Sequence record: OR228459.1
Length of the DNA: 64,000 bases
Strand: one strand, 5' to 3'
Shown here: positions 7,960 to 16,232 of the stretch, in pieces
Layout of the letters: each line of letters opens with the position of its first letter
Numbering within the stretch: the first letter of the stretch is position 1
Notes under the pieces: generated by a model
What the model saw: only the letters and a program-made list of their open reading frames with translations
Databases searched by the model: none
What the model was told of the DNA's origin: nothing
Translations under genes and position numbers: made by a program

Positions 7960-8196
7960 ATGGCACAGAAAATCACTCGCGATAACGTAGAATTTTACAT
8001 TGATATCCTGAATACTAAACTTGAAAAGATGGGTGCTCCACTACGTTACAAAATGATCCCTGTTGCTGGTGGTTATGAGTTGCAAAAGTACAAGGGTGAT
8101 ATTCAGGTTGATTATTGTGTATCTGGTCAAAAACTCCGTGAAGTTTATGAGATTGTACGTTTTGCAGCTAACATGATTTCGGATAACGTGAAGTAA
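7960..8196 (+). CDS. Hypothetical protein
   Basis: Start after cassette RBS. Confidence 0.8.
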   Translation: MAQKITRDNVEFYIDILNTKLEKMGAPLRYKMIPVAGGYELQKYKGDIQVDYCVSGQKLREVYEIVRFAANMISDNVK

Positions 8197-8276
8197 TTAT
8201 TATCAAAAAGTACTATTGACAGAAACATGATAGTACTTTATAATACTTACATCAATTAAGCAAAGAGGAAAACAAA

Positions 8277-8582
8277 ATGCAAATGTCTAACCTGTATGTA
8301 GCTCACATCACTATGCGTCATGGTGAATATGAAACACTGGTTAAACGTCTGATTATTGCTAAGAGTTTAGCAGAGGCAGAATTATACGCCTATGAAGAAG
8401 GGATGGCAACATTTGACGGTAGCGAATTAGAAGATAAATCCAGCTATCAAGAAGCGGATCAACCTCATACGTGGTATTTCTCAGGCGGGGATTGGTGCGT
8501 TACTCTTAATGCAGTTACATGGATTGAGGATCGCGAAACAGCTAAAGTAATTGCTAAATCTGATTTACTGTCTTATCTGTAA
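8277..8582 (+). CDS. Hypothetical protein
   Basis: ORF, GAGG RBS, promoter. Confidence 0.8.
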   Translation: MQMSNLYVAHITMRHGEYETLVKRLIIAKSLAEAELYAYEEGMATFDGSELEDKSSYQEADQPHTWYFSGGDWCVTLNAVTWIEDRETAKVIAKSDLLSYL

Positions 8583-8649
8583 AAGTACTTGACAACCTTT
8601 CGGGGGTAGGATATACTATCCCCATCAATTAAGCAAAGAGAGAAACAAA

Positions 8650-9060
8650 ATGTTTAAAATTACTAGCGTAGAAAAAAGCGGCGATTCCATGATTGTAAGT
8701 GCTTTCTGGAATGATGCTTGTCAAGTATCTATTAGCTTTAATCAAATGGGCGTAGTACAATCCTGTACTTTCGCAGAGGATACCAAAGAGCGAGCACAAT
8801 TAGAAGATCATGCACGTTCGGTAATTAAATTCAATATTCCTATTGAAATGGAACCTAATATCATTTATACTGATGATCAGGTCGAGCAAATGAAACGTTG
8901 GTATGAATCTTTGATTAAAGCGGAAAAGGTCATTGCAGAAATGGATCAATGTATCGTTGAAGCTGATTGGTTATCTGATATGTTCGGGCAAACATCCGGT
9001 AGCATTATTGATGCCCTGTTTAATGTTCGTGCGGCGTTAGATCCTCGCATCAATCAATAA
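8650..9060 (+). CDS. Hypothetical protein
   Basis: ORF, promoter, terminator downstream. Confidence 0.8.
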   Translation: MFKITSVEKSGDSMIVSAFWNDACQVSISFNQMGVVQSCTFAEDTKERAQLEDHARSVIKFNIPIEMEPNIIYTDDQVEQMKRWYESLIKAEKVIAEMDQCIVEADWLSDMFGQTSGSIIDALFNVRAALDPRINQ

Positions 9061-9063
9061 AGA

Positions 9064-9101
9064 AAAAAGGGGTTGACTTCGGTCGCCCCTTTTGTTATTA
9101 T
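9064..9101 (+). terminator. Fused terminator/promoter element (also at 14032, 14966, 16164, 17132)
   Basis: GGGGTTGAC-TTCG-GTCGCCCC-TTTT; TTGACT in the stem lies 17 bp before TATTAT. Confidence 0.75.
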
Positions 9102-9106
9102 ATAGT

Positions 9107-9165
9107 CATTGGCAGATAAGCTACTAACCCATAGGGTGCAATAGTCTGTCTGTAGTATTTTAGTA
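9107..9165 (+). ncRNA. Putative small RNA family copy 6
   Basis: Core TAACCCATAGGGTGC at 9125-9139; shares CATTGGCAGATAAGC with copy 10; ends approximate. Confidence 0.5.
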
Positions 9166-9237
9166 CTGAAAAATAGTTCTTGCTTTTATGTGCTGGTGGT
9201 GTATAATACTTGTATTGAAACAAACGAGGGTTCAATT

Positions 9238-9399
9238 ATGGAACATGATTTTGATTCATCGGATTTTGAGTTGGCTAGTGATTATGCATGGCATCTTATG
9301 CAAAAAGAAGGTAAATCCGAAACTGATGCATTAATGCAGGCGGCTAACCAATATAATATTAATTACGTATCATTACAAGGATATTGGGATCAAGCATAA
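9238..9399 (+). CDS. Small acidic hypothetical protein
   Basis: GAGGG RBS; promoter with Chi in its spacer. Confidence 0.75.
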   Translation: MEHDFDSSDFELASDYAWHLMQKEGKSETDALMQAANQYNINYVSLQGYWDQA

Positions 9400-9483
9400 A
9401 AAGTACTTGCATTACATATTCAGTACTGTATAATGGTTTGCATAGGGAAAAACAACTTCCCCCACTAATTAAGGAAATGAATT

Positions 9484-9948
9484 ATGAATAGCATCCAGTT
9501 CGTAGAAGCCATTGAAAAAGAATTCCTGTCAGTATTTCCTAACGGTTTCTTTATTGCCCGACCTTTACCGTTGGGCGGTGATGTAGGGATCACTATGGGA
9601 CTGACTCGCGAACAGGCCGATTGTCCTCATAATATCCGTGATAATGATCGTATGCGTATGACCTTCGCGATCCACGGTATGAAGTTTGGGGATAGTGAAG
9701 ATTATAACGACAAGTTAATTATGGAACCGTACTATTCAGCGATTAGCACGATTCCACGCAAGCCATACTACGCTATGGGACACGATAAGATCAAGACACG
9801 CAAAACCACTAACACGCCGGAAAAATTGATTGTAACGCTTTCTAAGTACATTAAAACCGCAGGGCAGCAAGTAAAAGAGCTAGCAGAAGTAAACGAGATT
9901 TATCAGCAGGAACAGATTAAACCTCAGTACTTAGAAATTAACGTGTAA
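9484..9948 (+). CDS. Hypothetical protein
   Basis: ORF after cassette. Confidence 0.85.
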   Translation: MNSIQFVEAIEKEFLSVFPNGFFIARPLPLGGDVGITMGLTREQADCPHNIRDNDRMRMTFAIHGMKFGDSEDYNDKLIMEPYYSAISTIPRKPYYAMGHDKIKTRKTTNTPEKLIVTLSKYIKTAGQQVKELAEVNEIYQQEQIKPQYLEINV

Positions 9949-10016
9949 TTATTATCAAAAGTACTTTACAAATACAGTAGAGTACTTTATAATACTTACA
10001 TCAATTAAGCAAAGAG
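9946..10016 (+). repeat. ~70-bp near-identical promoter module (copies at 9946, 10248, 12128; diverged at 8194)
   Basis: taattattatcaaaAGTACTttacaaatayagtagAGTACTtTATAATacttacatcaaytaagcaa. Confidence 0.9.
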
Positions 10017-10025
10017 GGTTACAAA

Positions 10026-10250
10026 ATGGCGGCTAAAACTTTTGAACAGTTAAAATGGGTTGCTGGTCAAATCACTGATGATCTGATGTATTCCCGAATG
10101 AATGAAGCAGTACTAAAAACCGTTTTCAATCGCCGGACTAAATCTACTGAAATGGCTACCTTATGCGGCCTTGTATGTGCTAGTGCAATGGAACGTAAAA
10201 TTAATACAGAAGTAATTGAGCGTTATTTACGCAACGTACATACTGAGTAA
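10026..10250 (+). CDS. Hypothetical protein
   Basis: ORF between two copies of the module. Confidence 0.8.
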   Translation: MAAKTFEQLKWVAGQITDDLMYSRMNEAVLKTVFNRRTKSTEMATLCGLVCASAMERKINTEVIERYLRNVHTE

Positions 10251-10327
10251 TTATTATCAAAAGTACTTTACAAATATAGTAGAGTACTTTATAATACTTA
10301 CATCAATTAAGCAACGGGATTTATACT

Positions 10328-10558
10328 ATGGATAATCGTGAAATCATTGCTCAAGTACTGACACGTATTTTAATGTCAACTCGACTTTCACAGGTACGCA
10401 ACATCACAGCCGCACATGAAAATACATGGCGTGAAGCCTTAAATGGTAGTAATGCAAGTCAGCTAGCGGCGGATAATAAGCTGAAAGAAGTTATCAAGTC
10501 TGCTATGGCAGAATTGAATGATGATGCAGTAAATTATGTTTTAAATTCTTTCAAATAG
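10328..10558 (+). CDS. Hypothetical protein
   Basis: ORF after module. Confidence 0.8.
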   Translation: MDNREIIAQVLTRILMSTRLSQVRNITAAHENTWREALNGSNASQLAADNKLKEVIKSAMAELNDDAVNYVLNSFK

Positions 10559-10638
10559 TAATTGCATTACTTCTGAAATAACGTATAATGGTTTGCATAG
10601 GGGGAAACAACTTCCCCCACTAATTAAGGAAATATAAT

Positions 10639-10947
10639 ATGATTGCTAACGTTCAAGCCAACTTTGAAAACCAATTCATCAATGAAATATTGCGACTGGA
10701 TGATGGGGTCGCACGTATTAACTACGGTTTTAACTCCGGTGGTTATGAAAGTAACGTGTACTTTTATACTGCTGACGGTGGTACACTGGCAATCGATACG
10801 GTAATTGTTGAAATACAAAAAGTAAACTTCAATGATGAAAATGATCCACAGTGGTATATCATCGGCTATGACGTGAACTATGAAGATCAAGATCTTTATG
10901 ACTCACATACAGGCCAGCAAATCATTCCCGCTTATGGGGATGAATAA
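10639..10947 (+). CDS. Acidic conserved phage hypothetical protein (WYIIGYDVNYED...HTG..I.PAYG)
   Basis: ORF after cassette. Confidence 0.8.
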   Translation: MIANVQANFENQFINEILRLDDGVARINYGFNSGGYESNVYFYTADGGTLAIDTVIVEIQKVNFNDENDPQWYIIGYDVNYEDQDLYDSHTGQQIIPAYGDE

Positions 10948-10950
10948 TAA

Positions 10951-11043
10951 CACAAAGGGGAGCTAACACTCCCCTGTTTATTTGTACAGTACTAAATCAT
11001 ATAGATACAATTCCGCACCCTGTGGGTTAGATTGTTTTCATGA
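10951..11043 (-). ncRNA. Putative small RNA family copy 7, about 90 nt
   Basis: TTGACA(11077-11072)-17-TATAAT(11054-11049); core at 11029-11015; terminator 10951-10980. Confidence 0.6.
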
Positions 11044-11162
11044 CAATAATTATACTTAAAATCGGGTGACGTGTCAAGCATTTATTTTATTAAAAACGTA
11101 CTTGCAATTTTTCAGTACTGTAGTATAATACTTGTATTGAAACGAGATAAGGGAAACACAAA

Positions 11163-11702
11163 ATGATTACACAAATCTATCACGGCAGCACCCGTTTTGA
11201 TACTGCTGGTGGATATAAAGGCGGCAAGCCTAACAGCTTTCAATATGGTGTAGGTCTGTATTGTACTAATGCTTACTTGTGGGCTGAGAAGTACGGTCGA
11301 AGTGTTTATGTATTAGATGTGGAACTCAAACCAGAACACCACGCCGACAATGTAGAAATTACAATTGAAAACTTGCAATATTGGGTTAACTGCTATTGCT
11401 CGCAAAAAGTAGCAAAGATCTTTAAAAAGGAATTCAGCCAGCGTAAAACTATGACTGCAAATCGCTTTGAATTGTGGTTGTACTGGAATGTAAGACGCTT
11501 TAAACCAATCGCCGTACAATTAGCTGCTTTCTTTGCTGCACAAGGTGTAACCCATAATAGCGAGGTTGGCAATTATGGTGGTAAACTCATTCGTATCTAT
11601 GACTTTGATATTATCAAAGGTTACACAAAGGATAAAGAAGTACTACAAAAGTTAAACTACAACAATACAGAATTACCTGATTATCTGAAAGAAAAAGTTT
11701 GA
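11163..11702 (+). CDS. ADP-ribosyltransferase-like protein
   Basis: IYHGS...YGVGLYCT...AEKY, the H-Y motifs of the PARP/DT-like ART fold. Confidence 0.55.
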   Translation: MITQIYHGSTRFDTAGGYKGGKPNSFQYGVGLYCTNAYLWAEKYGRSVYVLDVELKPEHHADNVEITIENLQYWVNCYCSQKVAKIFKKEFSQRKTMTANRFELWLYWNVRRFKPIAVQLAAFFAAQGVTHNSEVGNYGGKLIRIYDFDIIKGYTKDKEVLQKLNYNNTELPDYLKEKV

Positions 11703-11759
11703 CAGTACTAAGGGAGTATTATATAATACTCCCATCTTAAGAAAACAAGGAATTACAAA

Positions 11760-11984
11760 ATGTCTTTATACTCACTGGAAGTTGAACATCATAACTTTAG
11801 TACTAAAATGATTGTAAGTACTGATGCAAAAGAGAGAGAAGATCAGTACAATGAAGTTATGACATGGGCTAAAGGTTTCTATCCTGCTGGGACTATTTTA
11901 AAGGCTAAGTGGGTATCACATGAAACTAAACTTGATTTTCATTCAGCTATTGCTGGTGGTTATGAGGGGATTAAACTGTTATGA
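11760..11984 (+). CDS. Hypothetical protein
   Basis: AAGGA RBS, promoter. Confidence 0.75.
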   Translation: MSLYSLEVEHHNFSTKMIVSTDAKEREDQYNEVMTWAKGFYPAGTILKAKWVSHETKLDFHSAIAGGYEGIKLL

Positions 11985-12130
11985 AAAAAGAATTTATCTT
12001 GCGAGTACAAATGAAAGGCGGTGCACAACGTACTTTTCGTGAATGGGGTTGGTCTGCTGGTATGGCCTTTGAACAGCTTAAAAAAGATAATCCCGATGTT
12101 CAATACAAAATAGAATCAAAAGAGGCGTAA
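11981..12130 (+). CDS. Hypothetical protein (49 aa)
   Basis: Read by hand; ATGA overlap; GAGGGG RBS. Confidence 0.7.
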   Translation: MKKEFILRVQMKGGAQRTFREWGWSAGMAFEQLKKDNPDVQYKIESKEA

Positions 12131-12207
12131 TTATTATCAAAAGTACTTTACAAATATAGTAGAGTACTTTATAATACTTACATCAACTAAGCAAAGAGGA
12201 TAGGAAA

Positions 12208-12345
12208 ATGAAAGAATCTCAATACGAAGCAGTACTGGCACAGACTGGTGAAGATCTGACTACTGAGCAGTACGCTAAAATTGAAGAGATGCTTTTAGCT
12301 GGTAAATCTGTTAAAGACACTGTGAAAGCAGTTCGTAAGATGTAA
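12208..12345 (+). CDS. Hypothetical protein (45 aa)
   Basis: Read by hand; follows the promoter module. Confidence 0.75.
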   Translation: MKESQYEAVLAQTGEDLTTEQYAKIEEMLLAGKSVKDTVKAVRKM

Positions 12346-12419
12346 AATAATTAGTCAGTACTCTTGACATTATCATAGAGTACTGCTATAATTACTTTAC
12401 TTAATCAGGAGAACATACG

Positions 12420-12737
12420 ATGGCTTTACATTCAGCAATGCGAAAAACTGTTAATATCTATGCAGATAAAAACATTATGGATTGTACTCTTGGACATACT
12501 GATAATCAATATGCCATTATTGTAAAAAACCCGTTCACTGGTGAAGATTGCATTTACAGTGGACAGTACTTAGAAAGTAATTTATTACCTGCCACAAAAC
12601 GCAGTGAAATGAAAGGGTATATTACCCGGCACAGAGCAGAACGTGACATTGCAACAATCTTTTTACCCGGTCAAAATGCTCGCGTGGTAACGATGGAAGA
12701 AGCAGAGATTTTTCTTGGCAGCCGCTTTAAAGTGTAG
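12420..12737 (+). CDS. Hypothetical protein
   Basis: AGGAG RBS, promoter. Confidence 0.8.
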   Translation: MALHSAMRKTVNIYADKNIMDCTLGHTDNQYAIIVKNPFTGEDCIYSGQYLESNLLPATKRSEMKGYITRHRAERDIATIFLPGQNARVVTMEEAEIFLGSRFKV

Positions 12738-12775
12738 TATAATACTTTTATCAAATCAAGTGGAGTACTAAAAAG

Positions 12776-12916
12776 ATGATTACACCTATTGCACCAATTC
12801 ACAAGACAGTGTATAATACTTATAGTACTCCAAAGCAGCAACATATTATCGAGGAACTGAAAGAACAGAAAAAAGAAGTAAAAAGTACTGGTAACCGAAT
12901 CGATATTAAAGTATAA
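12776..12916 (+). CDS. Hypothetical protein (46 aa)
   Basis: Read by hand; GGAG RBS. Confidence 0.55.
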   Translation: MITPIAPIHKTVYNTYSTPKQQHIIEELKEQKKEVKSTGNRIDIKV

Positions 12917-12948
12917 TACTTACATCAACCACAAAGAGGAATACAAAA

Positions 12949-13287
12949 ATGGCTATTACTTCTATCTTCTGCAACACCCGAAACGAAGCACGTCAGGCTA
13001 AAATCGATTTCAACGGTAAAATTGTTGACAATGGTTCTGATGCACCCAAGGGACAGCGTTGGGAAGTACAATACGAAGTAGCCCCCGTATCTGATGCCAT
13101 CGCGGAACTTGCAGCAATCATGCAAGCGGAAGTACAAGACATGGCACTAGAAGAAGTGTCTCCACGTGAGATTATGGGTCTTCCACGTCCTGTAAGCAAG
13201 AATAAAAAAACCCGTGCTGTGATCATGAAAGATCGCAAAGGTAATTCAGTTACTGTACAGGTTCGTCGTCGCCGCATTACTGCCTAA
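12949..13287 (+). CDS. Hypothetical early protein (KIVDNGSDAPKGQRW motif)
   Basis: ORF, RBS, terminator after. Confidence 0.8.
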   Translation: MAITSIFCNTRNEARQAKIDFNGKIVDNGSDAPKGQRWEVQYEVAPVSDAIAELAAIMQAEVQDMALEEVSPREIMGLPRPVSKNKKTRAVIMKDRKGNSVTVQVRRRRITA

Positions 13288-13327
13288 CCGAAAGGGGGAG
13301 CAATCCCCCAAACTTTTAAGAGGATTT

Positions 13328-13579
13328 ATGAAGAAGCAAGTACAACTAATTAATGGTAATTTCATGCGATTGCATTATAAACCGCAAAAGAAAATCATTG
13401 AGAAAGCTACAAAGGTAGCAAATGATTTTGTTAGTGGGACAGTTCGCCCCCGTAAACTATCTAACGGATTGTTTCAAGTACTGGATATTAGCAGAACAGA
13501 ACGTATCGTAATTGATAAGGAAAAGCAAATACATTTAATGAGTCACGAAAAGTACAATGATTTTGTGAATCAGCGTTGA
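13328..13579 (+). CDS. ParE/RelE-like toxin-fold protein
   Basis: Basic 83 aa ending LMSHEKYN, the C-terminal signature of the ParE-like phage family. Confidence 0.55.
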   Translation: MKKQVQLINGNFMRLHYKPQKKIIEKATKVANDFVSGTVRPRKLSNGLFQVLDISRTERIVIDKEKQIHLMSHEKYNDFVNQR

Positions 13580-13633
13580 CAGACTACCGACAACATAGTA
13601 TAATACTTTCATCAACTAAACGATGGTTCTAAA

Positions 13634-14023
13634 ATGAAAAATATTGTTTCTGCTATCGCTATCGCTGTTATGTTTTCTTCAACTCCAGTTATGGCATACA
13701 CTGTTAATCTGAATGAATTGACAGATTGGGGAAATCAAATGCGTGATCGCTTTGCAGTACCAGACCATATCCAGCCGCAGCAAAAACAAGGTAGTGAAAT
13801 GTTATGCCGTGGGGTAATGACTAACGAGCAAACCGGACAACAAATCCGCGAACAATTCAGTACTAGTGGTGAACGTTCGGTATCGGGTAATGATATCATC
13901 TATCATGATGAAGATGAAACCGGAAGCACTACATTGCAAATTAATGCAAAAACTGGTAAAGGCTTTATTACGATGATGGACACTGAAAAAGTTATCGTAA
14001 CTGGTAATGTAGTTTGCAAATAA
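13634..14023 (+). CDS. Exported hypothetical protein
   Basis: N-terminal signal peptide MKNIVSAIAIAVMFSSTPVMA. Confidence 0.75.
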   Translation: MKNIVSAIAIAVMFSSTPVMAYTVNLNELTDWGNQMRDRFAVPDHIQPQQKQGSEMLCRGVMTNEQTGQQIREQFSTSGERSVSGNDIIYHDEDETGSTTLQINAKTGKGFITMMDTEKVIVTGNVVCK

Positions 14024-14072
14024 AGTACTAAAAAGGGGTTGACTTCGGTCGGCCCTTTTGCTATTATATATC

Positions 14073-14125
14073 CCATAGAAACAAGTTAACCCACAGGGTG
14101 GCGTAGTCCGTCCAAAATTTATTAA
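14073..14125 (+). ncRNA. Putative small RNA/leader, family copy 8
   Basis: TTGACT(14039)-17-TATTAT(14062); core TAACCCACAGGGTG at 14087-14100; the only copy directly followed by an ORF. Confidence 0.45.
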
Positions 14126-14136
14126 AAGTATAATAT

Positions 14137-14391
14137 ATGGAAATATGGAAAACAATCACTGATTCCCCTAATTATGAAGTAAGTAATTTAGGAAATATAC
14201 GAAAAATACGTGATAATAAAGGTATGGCACAAACTAATAGTAAACTTTCAGATGATGATATTAAATTCATCCGAGCTAATTTTAAAAAATGTGATCCTGT
14301 ATATGGTGGAATACCACTAGCAAAGCGATTTGGTGTATATAAAAGTACTATATACAAAATTGTACAAGGACGTGCATGGAAGCATATATAA
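14137..14391 (+). CDS. NUMOD4-HTH mini-protein (HNH homing endonuclease lacking its HNH core)
   Basis: EIWKTI...YEVSNLGNIR joined directly to SKLSDDDIKFIR...LAKRFGVYKSTIYKIVQGRAWKH. Confidence 0.7.
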   Translation: MEIWKTITDSPNYEVSNLGNIRKIRDNKGMAQTNSKLSDDDIKFIRANFKKCDPVYGGIPLAKRFGVYKSTIYKIVQGRAWKHI

Positions 14392-14394
14392 ATA
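14387..14394 (+). promoter_or_regulatory. T4-type late promoter-like TATAAATA
   Basis: Exact octamer 35 bp upstream of ATG 14429. Confidence 0.35.
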
Positions 14395-14428
14395 TATTCA
14401 TAATACCATTTTATATAAGGAGTATATT

Positions 14429-14962
14429 ATGCCGGGTAAATTTCAAGATAAAAATGGTGGGTTAATTGCAGGACATAGTGATCGCTGGTCTGATGAAAAC
14501 CGCCGTAAAAATAGTTTTAATGCTGGTGCTGGAAGTCGAGCTAGTCGAAATCAAGGACTAGGACAAAAAGGACTCGACAATACTAAAACAGATACCATTG
14601 TAGATACTTCTAGGATGAAACCAGAAGAAAAACTAAAGTACTTCCAATCTTTGGGATTACTTGGTCATCAAGAGAAAGGTTCTAAAGAGCCTCCAAAAGC
14701 AGCACCACAAAAACCAATGCCTACCGATAGTAAATCACTTATTAGTACTTTACAAGATCAATGGAAAGATGCGTTTAAAGGCGATGTACGCCATTCTAAG
14801 CGACTTATTGCAGAACTTAAGGACGTTGCCCCAGCTAAGATTAAAAAAGCTCTACAAGCTGCTTACAGGGCCACACAAGAGGTTACCGCACGTGAAGACG
14901 ACCCTCTAACAATCGTTGAATATATCAGTGATGCTATTGTTCCATTTACATATGAAGATTGA
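14429..14962 (+). CDS. Basic, low-complexity hypothetical protein
   Basis: TAAGGAG RBS at the internal ATG (MPGKFQDKNGG). Confidence 0.8.
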   Translation: MPGKFQDKNGGLIAGHSDRWSDENRRKNSFNAGAGSRASRNQGLGQKGLDNTKTDTIVDTSRMKPEEKLKYFQSLGLLGHQEKGSKEPPKAAPQKPMPTDSKSLISTLQDQWKDAFKGDVRHSKRLIAELKDVAPAKIKKALQAAYRATQEVTAREDDPLTIVEYISDAIVPFTYED

Positions 14963-15028
14963 AATAAAAGGTTGACATGAGTCAGCCTTTTTTGCTATCA
15001 TAGTCCTACACCAATAGGAGATAGTAAC

Positions 15029-15292
15029 ATGAAATACTTACTAATCATCGCCGCATTATTCAGTACTCAAGCAATGGCAACAGATATGGTTTGTAGTGCT
15101 GATGGTTTCCAAACTGTATTCAAGGTAGATGGCAACACGCTTATTGACACAAACGAACACGTAGTAGCTGAAGAAATCAGTACTGGTAAGTTTATGGCAC
15201 AAGATCAGTTCGGTGAAGTAGTTTATACTATTCACGGAAATAAGATTGTAATGCAATTCAGTGGCGTTATCAAAGAGTACAATTGCAAATGA
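15029..15292 (+). CDS. Exported hypothetical protein
   Basis: Signal peptide MKYLLIIAALFSTQAMA. Confidence 0.75.
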   Translation: MKYLLIIAALFSTQAMATDMVCSADGFQTVFKVDGNTLIDTNEHVVAEEISTGKFMAQDQFGEVVYTIHGNKIVMQFSGVIKEYNCK

Positions 15293-15483
15293 TTGTACAA
15301 GTAACACTAAAAGGATTGAAGCCCGGAGAAGATGACTACGAAACACATGTAGCCACTATTTCCGGGTTGACAATGGATGAGATTGATGGTAATATACTGT
15401 CATACATCTACGAATGGCGTAATGCAAACGGGTATTACAAAATGAAATATATTCATAAAGAGGTAATCTCATGCGATAACTAA
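15289..15483 (+). CDS. Hypothetical protein
   Basis: Coupled ORF. Confidence 0.65.
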   Translation: MIVQVTLKGLKPGEDDYETHVATISGLTMDEIDGNILSYIYEWRNANGYYKMKYIHKEVISCDN

Positions 15484-15499
15484 CACAGGAGATTACACA

Positions 15500-15715
15500 A
15501 TGCCAACTCATTCACTAGTACTTAATGGGATTCGATTCAAAATGACTGAGGGTGCATTGCAAAGTACTAACACGCAATTAGTACTTGATAAACTCACAAA
15601 AGAACAATGTGATGGTATCCTTCGCGAAGCAAATCGCATTAAGTCAACTGTATCAAATCACCCGGTTAAGCGTCAATTACTTCAGGGGATCATTATGGGA
15701 TGTTTGCGTAAATGA
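15500..15715 (+). CDS. Hypothetical protein
   Basis: AGGAG RBS. Confidence 0.75.
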   Translation: MPTHSLVLNGIRFKMTEGALQSTNTQLVLDKLTKEQCDGILREANRIKSTVSNHPVKRQLLQGIIMGCLRK

Positions 15716-15864
15716 TTTATCAACAAATTATTGCAGTACTGAAAACACTTGACTACGGAAATGCAATCCGTTATGCTAGTGCTAACGCCTTTGAACTCGC
15801 TCAAATGTATGAGCAAGGTAGTACCATTGATGAGCTGGTGGAGGTTTGTCTCAGTCATAAATAA
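15712..15864 (+). CDS. Hypothetical protein (50 aa, MIYQQIIAVLKTLDYG...)
   Basis: Read by hand; ATGA-type coupling. Confidence 0.6.
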   Translation: MIYQQIIAVLKTLDYGNAIRYASANAFELAQMYEQGSTIDELVEVCLSHK

Positions 15865-15890
15865 TCTTGTAATTATTACAGGAGATCATT

Positions 15891-16163
15891 ATGACAGACT
15901 TAAACGCAATCAAGCAATGGAGTACTATCCCATTAAACGAACTACCGCAACTACTAAAGCAACAAGGTTTTCAATTCGTACCACGTTTTAGTACTGAAGA
16001 TCATCGTATCTTCGTATCTCAAGACGGACAATATTTGATTAATATTATCCGTAATACTGGAAAAGTATACAGTACTAAAAATCAGAAATCACCTTTGCAT
16101 ATTTTTGGTATTCGTAATGGTGAGATCCCAAAAGGTGCAGATAAAGCATTCAGAACTGAATAA
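15891..16163 (+). CDS. Hypothetical protein
   Basis: AGGAG RBS. Confidence 0.75.
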   Translation: MTDLNAIKQWSTIPLNELPQLLKQQGFQFVPRFSTEDHRIFVSQDGQYLINIIRNTGKVYSTKNQKSPLHIFGIRNGEIPKGADKAFRTE

Positions 16164-16232
16164 TAAAAAAAGGGTTGACTTAGGTCGGCCCTTTTTGTTA
16201 TTATATACTTATTGAAGCGAAGGAGATAGAAC

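Noticed and set aside
2762-9237. Upstream start extensions in the ORF track (2762, 5078, 7906, 9190)
   Set aside because: These starts fall in the -10 box or promoter spacer and read through the leader; RBS-supported ATGs lie downstream.
14137-14391. Active HNH homing endonuclease or intron
   Set aside because: No HNH catalytic motif and no intron context.
15749-15991. ORF 15749-15991
   Set aside because: No RBS; the coupled ORFs 15712-15864 and 15891-16163 explain the space better.
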